From: the human T2T-CHM13v2.0 reference genome, Homo sapiens
DNA: 64,000 nt
Direction: 5' to 3' (one strand)
Assembly: GCF_009914755.1 (NCBI RefSeq)
Contig: NC_060925.1
Positions 40,224 to 56,681 of the stretch are shown here, one piece after another; position 1 is the stretch's first letter, and each line of letters opens with the position of its first letter. The position numbers and the translations under genes are program-made. Under the pieces are notes generated by a model, which worked only from the letters and a program-made list of their open reading frames with translations, was not told where the DNA came from and searched no databases.

Positions 40224-40299
40224 TTCTCAGTTGGTTCCAGTCTCCAGCTCCCTTCAGGAGTGAAAAGGAGCTCAAGGGGAAGGCTCCTCATTCCAGTTC

Positions 40300-40380
40300 T
40301 TAGAGAAAATCAAGCTCTAAAGCCTGGTGAAGGGATACTAGGTCTCCATGGTTTGTGATCCTCCAGAAAGGCATGTTGTG
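40300..40380 (-). CDS. EYA3: EYA3 last coding exon ([26 protein letters not shown])
   Basis: Acceptor ctctcttccag|CAC on -, TAA at 40302-40300. Conserved EYA-domain C-terminus. Not in the ORF track. Confidence 0.96.
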   Translation of the reverse strand, partial: HNMPFWRITNHGDLVSLHQALELDFL

Positions 40381-40968
40381 CTGGAAGAGAGTGGGAATAG
40401 CTGGTTAATCCAACTTCTTCTGAGAGCTTATATAAATATTTGCCCATACTCTTTCCTCAACACACCTCTCCCCAAGGTACATGGTAACCCTATCTATCCC
40501 TGCCTCATAGGGCTGTTATAATGATCAAATAATCATATGCATAAGGACCTTGTACATTGCACACTTTAGAAATGTGAGAAATTTTAAATAGGTTTCAGTG
40601 GTACTTTGTGCTTTTGAGAGATTACCTGTTCTAGCTATTATTTTGAAGACAGGGTCTTGCTGTGTCACCCAGGCTGGAGTGCAGTGGTGTGATTATAGCT
40701 TACTGTGGCCTTGAACCCCTGGTCTCAGGTAATCCTCTTACTCCAGCATCCTGAGTAGCTGGAACTACAGGCATTCCAGTTATCATACAGGGTCTTAAGG
40801 ATCAAATAAAATGGCCCAGGTGAAAAATTAGTATTTGATATAAGATTATACTGTCTCATGGATGGTCAATTTCTTGTAAGTTTCAGAACTGCAACACCTA
40901 AATCTTATCTATGTCCAAGATGGAGAATGTACAGATCTGGGAAATAATAATCCCATTATATTATGTAG

Positions 40969-41163
<195 letters not shown>

Positions 41164-41205
41164 TGACACTATGCCTGGCTAATTCTTTATTTTTTGTAGA
41201 GATGA

Positions 41206-41524
<319 letters not shown>

Positions 41525-41995
41525 TAGCCAGGATGGTCTTGATCTCCTGACCTCATGATCGCCCGTCTTGGCCTCCCAAAGTGTTGGGATTACAGGCGTG
41601 AGCCACCGTGCCCGGCCGATATTTTTAAATTAAATTAAATTAATTTTTTATATTTTTTGAGACAGAGTCTCACTCTTTTGCCCAGGCTGGGGTGCAGTGG
41701 TGCTATCTCAGCTCACTGCAACCTCCACTCCCAGGTTTAGGTGATTCTCATGTGGAGGCCATATTTTAAAGGAGGGCTTTGATAAATCCAAGTATTGGAA
41801 ACCATGTTCTATGAAGCTGAGGAGATTAACTTTCCTATCATCTAGTTGAAACTGGTTCCAAGTTACTCAGAATATTGAGGTCCTAGAACACAGTTATTTT
41901 GGCATATACCCTAGTTGTTTTTCAAGACAGCTGCTCACACATAATATTTAAAAGGCTATTAACATACAGAAGAGGAAACCGACTTGTTATGTTCA

Positions 41996-42375
<380 letters not shown>

Positions 42376-42521
42376 CTAACAGCTTGGTTGATCCCACGGT
42401 GGAATAGGCTACTGGGAACCAGTGTCCTCATCCTTGGGCATATTCAAGCAAGGACTAGAGAGACTTCTGTCAGAAAGGCTGCAGAAAATATCCTTCACAG
42501 AGTATAGGTTGAACTGGATAA

Positions 42522-42878
<357 letters not shown>

Positions 42879-43114
42879 TAAAGACATTAGCTCAGAGTTA
42901 CCAACTCTGCTGATGAGTTGTTCTCTCCCCCATACCCTTCTTCAGACCAGGAAACATTGATGCCTACACCCACTAGTGTCTTTCCCAAAGAGGGCAACAA
43001 GAAGCACTTTAGAATCAAAGCTTCATAACATATGTGAAAAAATAAGGATCCCTGAATTGCTACATAAAGTGACAAATGAAAACATGAGATAATAATGCCA
43101 ACTGATTACCAATC

Positions 43115-43222
43115 TCATAGTTTATTATAGTTGCTAAGGTTTCCACTTAACTGGATGAAGAGTATCAGGGCAGTTGGTTCTAGCTGGCAACCCAATGCCT
43201 CCATGTCTAAGAAATAGAGTTG
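43115..43222 (-). CDS. EYA3: Candidate alternative EYA3 terminal exon (QLYFLDMEALGCQLEPTALILFIQLSGNLSNYNKL*)
   Basis: Strong acceptor ttattttcttccag|CAA, phase 0 matching the upstream exon, 35 open codons then TGA, AATAAA at 43126-43121. Confidence 0.6.
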   Translation of the reverse strand, partial: QLYFLDMEALGCQLEPTALILFIQLSGNLSNYNKL

Positions 43223-43464
43223 CTGGAAGAAAATAAATTGGGATAGGGAGGGAAAGAACTTCTACAGATCCATTTAGCAGATGAGGATACTCAAAGAGGA
43301 TAATTGTTCAAATTCACATAGCTGAGACACAGATGGGATTTTAAGTTCTATAGCCAAGACTCTTTCATCTATTGTTTCCTATATTAAGAAGGGGTGACCT
43401 GGGCCAGGCGTGGTGGCTCAAACCTGTAATCCCAGCACTTTGGGAGGCCGAGGCAGGCGGATCA

Positions 43465-43752
<288 letters not shown>

Positions 43753-44206
43753 TTAACATCAGAACAATCTTTCCAGGGCTCAAAGGCAGGAAAGACTTTC
43801 TCTACAGAAACAGCTATTGGTTGTACTGTCTGAGAACTTGAAGCATGGAAAAGAAAGAATGATTAGCCTTTTTGCAGTCAAGTCTGATGCTTGAGAAGGC
43901 ACTGTCTTTGAAGATGGAAGATGGGGCACATCTCAGGTTTAATGATGGGATCCCTGTAGAAGGGCTTAAAGATTTTAAGATTCTTGAGTGACAGGGAGGA
44001 AGAGGAAGGGATGGATCTAAAAACTTAAGAGGAAAAACTCCATCTGGAGAAAAAAAAGACCCTCTTTTTCTTTAAAGAAAAATGGGAGAGGAAGAAAGAG
44101 AAAATATTATAAATGCATAATAGATTGCTAAGATTTTGTAGTTTTTCCCATTTTTCTCATTACTCGATGTACAACCACATAGACTATTTTTCTTTACCAT
44201 GGTTAC

Positions 44207-44307
44207 CTGTTTGGCTGCAATTTCTTCATCTCGTCCATCTCCAATCACTACATATGTGACTTTCTTTCCAAACCTTGACACAATTCTCTCAAAGCAGCTC
44301 TCCTTAC
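44207..44307 (-). CDS. EYA3: EYA3 penultimate exon ([34 protein letters not shown]), HAD motifs III/IV
   Basis: Acceptor ttctcatcag|GT, donor CAG|gtaacc, 101 nt. GDGxxEE motif. Confidence 0.97.
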
Positions 44308-44577
44308 CTGATGAGAAAAAGAAATTTCCTGTTAGAATACTCTTCTCTTCTTTTCAAAACCAAAGAAGAGGGCTGCTGCTAGGTTCACCTGCCTGTGCTT
44401 AGGTGGACTAAGTGACAGCCCATGTAGTTTGCTTGCTGGGGAGTAGGGATGGGAGCTAGAGATCCAGTAGACCCTCTGCCCAAAGAATGTGAAGTTGTGC
44501 CATTAAAATAACTTGGCCGGGCATGGTGGCTCAAGCCTGTAATCCCAGCACTTTGGGAGACCGAGGCGGGCGAATCA

Positions 44578-44862
<285 letters not shown>

Positions 44863-47771
44863 TTAGTGTGAGGGAATTTCTATAAATGGGAAAGATTAAT
44901 AGGTTTAGTGACTTGCCCCTAGATCACAAACAAGCAAGTAGCTAGAACTTGGGGCCCCTGACTCCAAATCTAGGCTCTGGTCATTGTGTCATAATGAATG
45001 AATGATTTTTGGGGTGAAATGTTTTAGGGTAGAAAAGAGAAGTGAAAACACAAGGCCCTGATTTCTTGTTAGAAACAATAACAAACAAAAAGCCATTTCC
45101 CTCCAATTCTTCATTTCCCAGAAACAGTCCTGGGTATAGGCCTTACGTCTTTCAGTGAGAGAACAGCCCCAGAATAGAACTGAGAACAGTGACCAATAAA
45201 TATGGCAGCAACATTTGTCATATCTGGAACCTCCTTACTTACTATACCTTGTAGTTGTAACCAAGATACTGCATCACTGAAATTGACCTTGGGAAATGGG
45301 TGATTTAAATCCATTTCTCAGAACTGCAGACAGTTTTGAGAAACATGGCAGTGTATCAAAACTCAAATCCCATCTGCAACCAACACCTAAAACATACACA
45401 GATCATACTGCTGTGGGAAAGATACTTTATTTGTATAAATAAAAAGAAGTTATATCCCTTGCTCTTTTTATCTCCCTGCTTCTGCCACCTTCTTCAGTTA
45501 AACAAGGTCCTAACTTTGGCTTTCTTCTTCATCCTGCTCTATTAACCTTCTTGTTCTTTCCCCTTGCCCAACAGAGTGACTTAGCACCAGGGTTCCTGTG
45601 TAAATAAGATAAAGCTGCCTCTTCCTCAAGACATTTGACTGCCATCTGCTGGAAAATCACTGTAATATATAAATATACAAATCTAAGATAACTGTAACAT
45701 AATTGGCCAGAACTTATACTTCCATACGCAGAAGTCCTACTTGGCACAGAAGTTGTGCAGATATGTAACTGCAAATCTTTGACATCCTTAACCCAGTGGC
45801 ACTTCAAAACAGACGGACTAGTCAACTGGACCAGACACTAGATCACTCTGGGCTCAGCTGGCCACTTACAATACAAGGCTTGGCTTAGGTGCACTTGGGT
45901 CTCTTTTAGTGCTAATATTTTACAATAGAATTGTCATGCCTTACATTCATATGAGGGATTCAATCAATGTTTGCTGAGTAAATTCATATTAATCTCACAA
46001 ATGATTCAGTGGAGGACTGTAGTCCAGGTCTTATGCCTCAATTCAGTTCAAACATTAAACCATTCAACTAATAATAAATTCTTATTATGTTCATGGTGTT
46101 GAAGAGTTCTTTAATTCCATTTCACCCATTACAGCTTTACAAACTAAGCCAACCTCCACCAGATGCACAGTCTACTATGATCTGTCTGTAGCAAAAAACT
46201 TTTTTAAGTGAGTCAGTTTGACTTTCTTGTAAGACTCAACAAAGGCAGTAACTCATATTTTGAGGATAAGAACACAGACATTTTCACTGTCCTGGCATGC
46301 AATGATCAAGGATGAAATATACTCTGTAATGTCTCCTTTAAAAGGATTAAGAGGCCAAGAGAGTTATTAACAGCTCAAAGTAAAGAAGCAGCTCCATGAA
46401 AACAGGACTCACTCCAATACAGTTGGTAAAATACTTCCATTTCTGGATATGAGCTTTCCTGTTCAGGAGGATGAGGCCAATGATTAATCAGTTTACCATA
46501 TGTCAAGCAATTGAAGCTGGTGAACTGTAAGATCAGCCAAATCTTTGGAGAATATTAGTCCCTGGGTTTTCTCTATTAAAATATTTCTAGCCAGGAGCGG
46601 TGGCTCAAGTCTGCAATCCCAGCACTTTGGGAGGCCTAAGGCAGGAGGATTACTTGAGCACAAGAGTTTGAGATTAGCTTGGGCAACACAGTGGGACCTT
46701 TTCCCTACAAAAAATTAAAAAATTAGCTGGGTATGGTGGTGGAACACGCCTGAAGTCCTGGCTACTCAGGAGGCTGATGTGGGTGGATCGCTTGAGCGTG
46801 GGAAGGTTAAGGTTGCAATGGGCTATGATCGTGCCACTGCACTCCAGCCTAGGTACCAGAGTGAGACCCTGTCTCAAGAAAACCCCCCAAAACAAAAAAA
46901 ACTTCTGACATTTTCAGAAATTATTTTGAGAATTCTCTTTAATGTCCCCAAATCACAGAATGGCCATTAAGAGAACCATATTTTGCTATCATTTCAGAGG
47001 AAGTGAAAAAGTATTTCTTCTCCTTGCTCCCATTTCACAGTTCTGTGAAGAAAAGCCTCAAGCCTCCTACTGTGGTTACCATAGCACCAGATCCCACTGC
47101 AGCTTTGCAAATTAGCTCTGGATGAACTGAGACTGAGGAAAAATACCAAATAAGCACACTTACTGACAGAGGGAATGAGATCATTTCCATTAGCCTGATG
47201 AGCCTGCGGGTGCCAGGTCTCAGTATAATAAGCACTACAGAAAATCTGTCTTTCAGATGTGGGAGGCTCAGTGAGTGCTCTGGGTTCCTATGATATACAT
47301 AAAGCAACCGGCAGCAGGAACAATATCTGAAGGGAGCGCTTTCATATATGTTCCCTTCCACCCAATCCCTTGTAAATGAAATAATTCAACCATACAAAAA
47401 AGCATGGAGAATTACCAGCCTTGACAACAAAGTGAGACCCCATTTCTACAAAAAATAGGAAAAGTTAGGCATGGCGGTGTGCATCTATAATCCCAAGCTA
47501 CTCGAAAAGCTGAGGTGGGAGGGTTGCTTGAGCCAGGGAGGTCGAGGCTGTAGTGAGTCGTGATCACTGAACTCTAGCCTGGTGAGACCCTGTCTCAAAA
47601 AAAAAAAAAAAAGAAAAAAATGCCTACCACCAACGAAGCTTTGTAAAATCTTAACACTTCACAGTTGCTGTATTTATTTACTTATTTATGAGACAAAGTC
47701 TTGCTATGCCATCCAGGCTGAAGTACAGTGGCACAATCATAGCTCACTGCAGCCTCAAACTTGTGGGCTGA

Positions 47772-48143
<372 letters not shown>

Positions 48144-48904
48144 TAAAAAAATTTTTTTTGTAGAGATGGGGTCTGACTATGTTGTCCAGGCTGATCTCAA
48201 ACTCCTGGTCTCAAGTGATTCTCCCACCTCAGCCACCCAAAGCCCTGGGATGACAGGCGTGAGCCACTCCACCTGACCCTTATAGTTGCTCTAGATTAAA
48301 AAAAAAAAAAAATCAAGACATTACAGAACAAAACTTTTCAAGTACTCCTAAAATGTAAATATTTTAAATCTTTATATAGATATTACATACTGTACATTTA
48401 TCTGTCTGCAATGTTTTTTGTTCATCAGTTTTTCTTTTTTTTTGAGACAGAGTCTTGCTCTGTTGTCCAGGCTGGAGTGCAGTGGTGCAATCTTGGCTCA
48501 CTATAATCTCCGCCTCCTGGGTTCAAGCTATTCTCAGGCCCCCGAGGAGCTGGGATTACAGGCGCACACCACCATGCCCAGCTAATTTTTGTATTTTTTG
48601 CAGAGATGGGGTTTCACCATGTTGGCCAGGCAGGTGATCCACCCACCCTGGCCTCCCAAAGTGCTGGGATTACAGGCGTGAGCCACCGCGCTTGGCCTAT
48701 TGTTTTTAATATTAATCCTTATGAGTATATGTAATTTTACTTAATCCACTTTTAACTGCAATATAGCATTCTGTTGTTTGAATATATCTATCAATTTTCT
48801 GTTCATGGACAGGTTTACAGACCAATTATTTTCTATGATAAGCAAGTGTGCATCAAAAAAATCCTTGTACATGTCTCCTTGTACATGTAAGAATTACTCA
48901 AAGG

Positions 48905-49117
48905 TAGAGGTTAGCAAACTTTTTCTGTAAAGAGTCAGAGAGTATATAGTATATATTTTAGGCTTTGCAGGCCCTATGGTCCCTGTTGCAACTATTCAGC
49001 TCTGCTACTGTAGTGTGAAAGCAGCTATATAAATAAGTGGGCACGGTTTCAATAAAAACTTACACAAACAGCCAGAGGGTAGGATTTAGCCCATGGACTG
49101 TAATTTGCAGACCCCTG
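48905..49117. mobile_element. hAT-Charlie MITE, MER58A-like, inserted in an old L1 fragment
   Basis: GCAAACTTTTTCTGTAAAG ... TTTGC-GACCCCTG termini. Confidence 0.75.
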
Positions 49118-49486
49118 CTCTAAAGTATATATATATCTTAAAAGTGGAATTGCATGATCATAGGGTTATGTACACCTCAAACTTCATTAGACATTAACGT
49201 TCTCCAAAGCAGGTTATATCCATTTTCAATCCCACTTGCAGAGGCAGAGTTCCCATTACATTGTTAGATTTAAGTTTTTGTCTATCTGATGGTTGGAGAA
49301 TGTACCACATTTAAATTTGCATTTTCTTGATTTGCAGTTCCTTAATTTGTGAGGTTAAGGACTTATTCATATATTTACTGACAGTTTTGTTTTCCTCTTC
49401 GGCAAACTGGTTGTTTCAAGGTTTTTGCCTATTTTTCTATATTCAAAATTGTCTCTTGCTTACTGATTTGCAGGAATTCTTTATAG

Positions 49487-49776
<290 letters not shown>

Positions 49777-50893
49777 TAAGCCTGGCAGTTCTTCATAGAT
49801 TCTGTATTCTAACTGCCAATTAAATGTGTTGTAAATACCTTATCCCAAAATGTGGGCTTGTCTTGTTACCTTTTTTCAAGAGACAAGGTCTCCTTCTGTT
49901 GCCCAGGCTAAAGTGCAGTGCAGTGGCACAGTCACAGCTCACTGCAGCCTCCTTGAACTCTTGGGCTCAAGTGATCCTCCCGCCTTAGCCTCTTGAGTAG
50001 CTGGGATTACAGGCACTCACCACCACACCCGGCTAATTTTTATTTTTATTTTTGTAGAGATGGGGCCTCACTATGTTACCCACGATGGTCCTGAACTCCT
50101 GGCCTCAAGTGATGCCTTGGCCTCCCAAAGTGCTGGAATTAAAGGCATGTGCCCAGCTTGTCACTTTGTTATATTTAACTGTATGTAAAATTAAAAGTTC
50201 CATGCAATCAATGATTTTTTTTTTTTGCTTTTTATACTATCTTTTGATTCTTAAAAGAGGCCCATCCTCACCTTAAGATCACACAGATACTCTTCTATAT
50301 TTTCTCCTAAAAATTAAAAAACTTACCTTTTGCGGTAAGTTTTTAATCTACCTGTAATTTATTTTTGCATATAACATAAAGAAGGAAAACAATTCTGCCT
50401 TTTTTCCTATATGGATAATCCAGTTATCTTAGCACCACTGATCGAAGGTAAGTTCCATGAGGACAGAGGACTTTTGTCACTGCTGTATTCCTAGTGCCTT
50501 GGCGTTGCCTAGCACACAATAAGCACCGTTATTATTTTTCCTCATTTAGTGGATCGTTTCCATCTGCATATAAAATAGATATAATTTCTCTTATGAATCT
50601 TATAAATCCTCTGAAGTCCATATAACTCTAGAGCCACTACTTCATTTTTCTGTTCCTCTCCAAACAAACCTCCTCTAAAGAGTTGTATAGTTCCCTTCTC
50701 CAACTCTCCTTCCATTCTCTCTCATTTACTAATAAGTTAGTAAAAATATTAGAACAGGCCTAATAAAAATATTGTTAGACCAGTTCTATAAAATTTCAAT
50801 TCTCTCTTAAACTACTTCCAATTAGGGTTTAATCCCGATCACTCCCCTATTCAAACTGCATGTCAAAGCTATTAATGATCTTCATGTATCTAA

Positions 50894-51223
<330 letters not shown>

Positions 51224-51387
51224 TGACCCATCAACAACATTAGAAGGAGTTGATCACTCTTCCTTCATTCTTTCAAGACACCATTCTTCTCATTCTCCTC
51301 CTGCCTCACAGGTCAATCTTCCTGACACATTTTGCTGGTTCTTCCTCATGATCCAAACATTAGAGGCCCCCGGGGCGTAGTTCTTAG

Positions 51388-51621
<234 letters not shown>

Positions 51622-52036
51622 TAGGCTGGTCTTGAACTCCTGGCCACAAGTAATCAGCCCGTCTTGGCCTCCCAAAGTGCTGAGATTACAGGTGTGAGCC
51701 ACTACACTTGGCCTGTACTCACTTCTAAGATCTCATTTTACTTGAGAAAACTGAGGCTCAGGAAAGAAGATAATCTGCCTAAGGTGAGAGCTAGTAGTAG
51801 GGAGGCCAGGACTTAAATCCTTGTCCTTGATGTTTATTTTCTTTTTCCTTTAAAAAAAAAAGCTGGTAAAATATGCATAACATGAAATTCACTAATCTTT
51901 AAAACAAAAAATTTTGGCGAGGTGCGGTGGCTCATGCCTGTAATCCCAGCACTTTGGGAAGCTGAGGCAGATGGATCACCTGAGGTCAGGAGTTCAAGAC
52001 CAACCTGACCAACATAGTGAAACCCCGTCTCTACTA

Positions 52037-52195
<159 letters not shown>

Positions 52196-52250
52196 TCAAA
52201 AAAAAGTAGCATAAAATTTACTCTCTTAACATTTTTTTTTTTTTTTTTGA

Positions 52251-52658
<408 letters not shown>

Positions 52659-52834
52659 TGAGTAGCTAGGACTGCAGGCGAGTGCCACCACGCCCAGCTA
52701 ATTTTTTGTATTTTTAGTAGAGATGGGGTTTCACCGTGTGAGCCAGGATAGTCTCGATCTCCTGACCTTGTGATCCACCCACCTGAGCCTCCCAAAGTGC
52801 TGGGATTACAGGTGTGAGCCACTGTACCCGGCCT

Positions 52835-53720
<886 letters not shown>

Positions 53721-54366
53721 TAGGGTCTCATTCTGTCACCTAGGTTATAGCACAGTGGCAAGATCACATAGCTCACTGCAGCATTGAACTTCTGGCTCAA
53801 GTGACCCTCCCACCTTAACCTTCCAAGTAGTTAGGACTACAGCTGCGTGCCACCACACCCAGCTAATTAAAAAAACTTTTTTGTAGAGACGGAGGTCTGC
53901 CATGTGGCTCAGGCTGGTGTTGAACTCCTGGCCTCAAGTGATCCTCCCGTCTCAGCCTCCCAAAGTGGTGGTAATACAGGTATGATTCATCTTGTCTGGC
54001 CACCATTTTTAGGTATATAGTTTAGAAGCTTGATTTTTAACCTAGTGCTTTTTCTATTATACTACATACTCTCTGTGAAAAAGAGAAACTTGAAATGAGG
54101 CAAAACTAGATTTCTAAGCTAGATATTATGTTCTTTCAAATATTATCAAAGAGCATGCTTATGTAACTTACTAGCTGTGAGAACCTGAGCAAGCTATATA
54201 ACTACTAAGCCTCAATTGCATTACTGAAAATATTAGAAGACTGTTGTGAGGACTGTAGGTATTACAAATAAAGTGTCTAACAAGAGGGGCTAGAAAATAA
54301 TAGGTGCATCATGAGTAGAAAGTTTTATTGCAAGGCCAGTGACAAGAAACAGCATAGAAACCATAC

Positions 54367-54488
54367 CAATTTTGGTAGCACTATAGATGTTCTCAATAGG
54401 AAATATTTCTCCTAGTCCATATAGGAGAACCTTGGCCAGGGCTGGAACCAGCTGGGTGGTAGTGATCAGAACATTCACACAATTCTTT
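54367..54488 (-). CDS. EYA3: EYA3 exon ([42 protein letters not shown])
   Basis: Acceptor cccttatag|A, donor G|gtatgg, 122 nt. HAD motif II threonines. Confidence 0.97.
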
Positions 54489-55528
54489 CTATAAGGGAGT
54501 AAAAGGGAAAAGAAAAGGTGAAACTAAACCAACCTGGGAGCAAGAATTCGTATGTGCCAACTCTTTAGAATTTAATTATTAAAAATTAACTTTAAAGGAC
54601 CTGGTATTATACTGTTCAGAGCCAATGTTCAGCTACTACTCATTATTTCATGTTCATTTACTTTCTATATTAAAGGGCAGAGATTCTACTCATTTTTGTT
54701 ATCTTAGTGGACACACAGCAACAACTTAGTTCTTGCCTTCTTTCCCCTCTGACCATTCTAGTCACAAGTACTTGATAAATACCACCAACCCATGTCACTG
54801 ATAGCATATTTTAGAAAACAAACAACAAAAAGCTCTGAGCTGTACTCTTTCATCTGAATGCAAGTCAGTCCATAAATGAGATATGATTTGTGTTCGCTTT
54901 GCTCTTCACACAATAGCAACATAGATTCTAGAATACACATTAATTTTATATGTCCTTTACCTTCACCAGATATCCACTCCTTGGTGTCAGCTTTACTGTT
55001 TACTACGTTGTGGATCTGGAATTACTGCTTTGCGGGAGGGAGTAATAGGGTATTGGTGCAGACACAGACTGGTGCATTTATTTCCCAGTCTAAGCTTCAC
55101 GTTGAAATCTCCTTAATCTGCTTAATGTACCCTTTTTCTTTTGAATCTTGCCTTCTTTAGTGGGTTTGGATACATTTCTTGGAGCTTCCTGTACCTAGGA
55201 CATTGTAATAACATCTCCTCCATGTATTCTTTGACGTCACCAGGTCCAACTTATGGACAAGAGATTATGGGTTACTGAGTTTTAATTTCGTGAGCAAAAA
55301 GTAAGGAGAAAGAAAAAGGATTTCATATATAAATATTCTCTTAAAACTAGAAGTTGTGCTGTTAACATAAAATGACCTTGCTTCTCACCTAACACAAATA
55401 CTTCCCTACATCATTTAAACTCCTCTCTACCCCTATCCCAAACCCTATTTTAGAGAATGGCTTATCCTGAACTGGAGTAGAAGAATATGTCGCTGAGAGG
55501 ATGAGACCTAAAAGAACCATTTCCATAC

Positions 55529-55643
55529 CTGGACTGGATGAGAAGTAAGGACTTTAATGCAGTTCCTAACCAGGAATCTGTTAAAACTTCAATTTCTGCT
55601 CTTAATCTCTGCAGTGCTTCCTTCCTCTGGGGACTGAGGAGAC
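55529..55643 (-). CDS. EYA3: EYA3 exon ([39 protein letters not shown])
   Basis: Acceptor ttcctaaag|GT, donor AG|gtatgg, 115 nt, phases consistent. Confidence 0.96.
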
Positions 55644-55790
55644 CTTTAGGAATAAAAGCAGACACATTTATCATTTGACAACATATATTTGCTGACAGTG
55701 AGAAAGCAACTTCTAAATTCAATTTAAAAAGTGTGAGTCACTGAAATATTCTACTGAGTATGTTTATATATATATATATACATATACGTA

Positions 55791-56384
55791 TTTTTTTCCC
55801 ATGAACACATGTGCTTTATTGAATTCCATTGTAGACAGGTGAATATAAACTGCTGTATATAGGGGTGGGGTCAAAAGGGCAGGACCAACAGCCCCAGGGT
55901 GCAGGGTCAGCAGTGGAGTACATGGGCTCTACTACTGGCCTTGGAGATCCTTTATCTTCTGAGAAATTGCTTGGAAGATTATCACTGAGCTAGTGGTGAA
56001 AAGCATGATGAGTGCAATGACCACAGGGATGTCGAGGAACAGGGTACAGATGTTCAAGCACTTGGTGGTGGAGGCACAGGCCTGCGCCCCGGTCACATCA
56101 CCCACCATCTTCCTGTCCCTAGACTTCATGCAGTACACTAATGCTATGAAGCCCAGGAAGCACTAGTTTATGAAGAGCATTTTGAACAGGGTTTGGGCAT
56201 GGAGGTCTCACTGCAGATGTGGATCACAGAGGACATCAAGGGAGCAGAGCTATGGGGTGCCCCTAGCATGGCAACCTCGTGTTTCTCCTTGAACATCTCC
56301 TAATTTGTCGGGAGGCCAGTGTTGGCGTGAGTGAACAAGGATTTGGAAGTGTGGTTCTTGGTGTCAAGATAAGACCAGTTGTCC
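55791..56384 (-). pseudogene. Processed IFITM-family (IFITM1/2/3-like) pseudogene in an EYA3 intron, same strand as EYA3
   Basis: Translates to [26 protein letters not shown] (CD225 signature), contiguous across the position of the IFITM intron. Start codon position is AAG (56359), in-frame TAG at 56302-56300, deletion/frameshift at the DHVVW segment. AATAAA at 55820-55815 is followed by A7 and (TA)n. Confidence 0.92.
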
Positions 56385-56681
56385 TTTTTTTTTTTTTTTT
56401 TCTGAGATGGAGTCTTGCTCTGTCGCCCAGGCTGTAGTGTAGTGGTGCAATCTCAGCTTACTGCAACCTCCGCCTCCCAGGTTCAAGCAATTCTCTGCTT
56501 CAGCCTCCTGAGTAGCTGGGATTATAGGCAGCTGCCACCACACCCAGCTAATTTTTGTATTTTTAGTAGAGATGGGGTTTCATCATATTGGCCAGGCTGG
56601 TCTTGAACTCCTGATCTCATGATCCACCCACCTTGGCCTCCCAAACTGCTGGGATTACAGGTGTGAGCCACCGTGCCTGGC
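56385..56681 (-). mobile_element. Alu abutting the 5' end of the IFITM retrocopy
   Basis: Full antisense Alu between two T-runs. Confidence 0.9.

Noticed and set aside
39856-40291. Ser/Leu-repeat ORFs on - after the EYA3 stop
   Set aside because: Produced by the (CT)n repeat in the 3'UTR.
55932-56138. 68-aa IFITM-like ORF as a functional gene
   Set aside because: The upstream part has a lost start, an in-frame TAG and a deletion removing the conserved HVVW segment. The track start is a non-ATG codon. Treated as a pseudogene.
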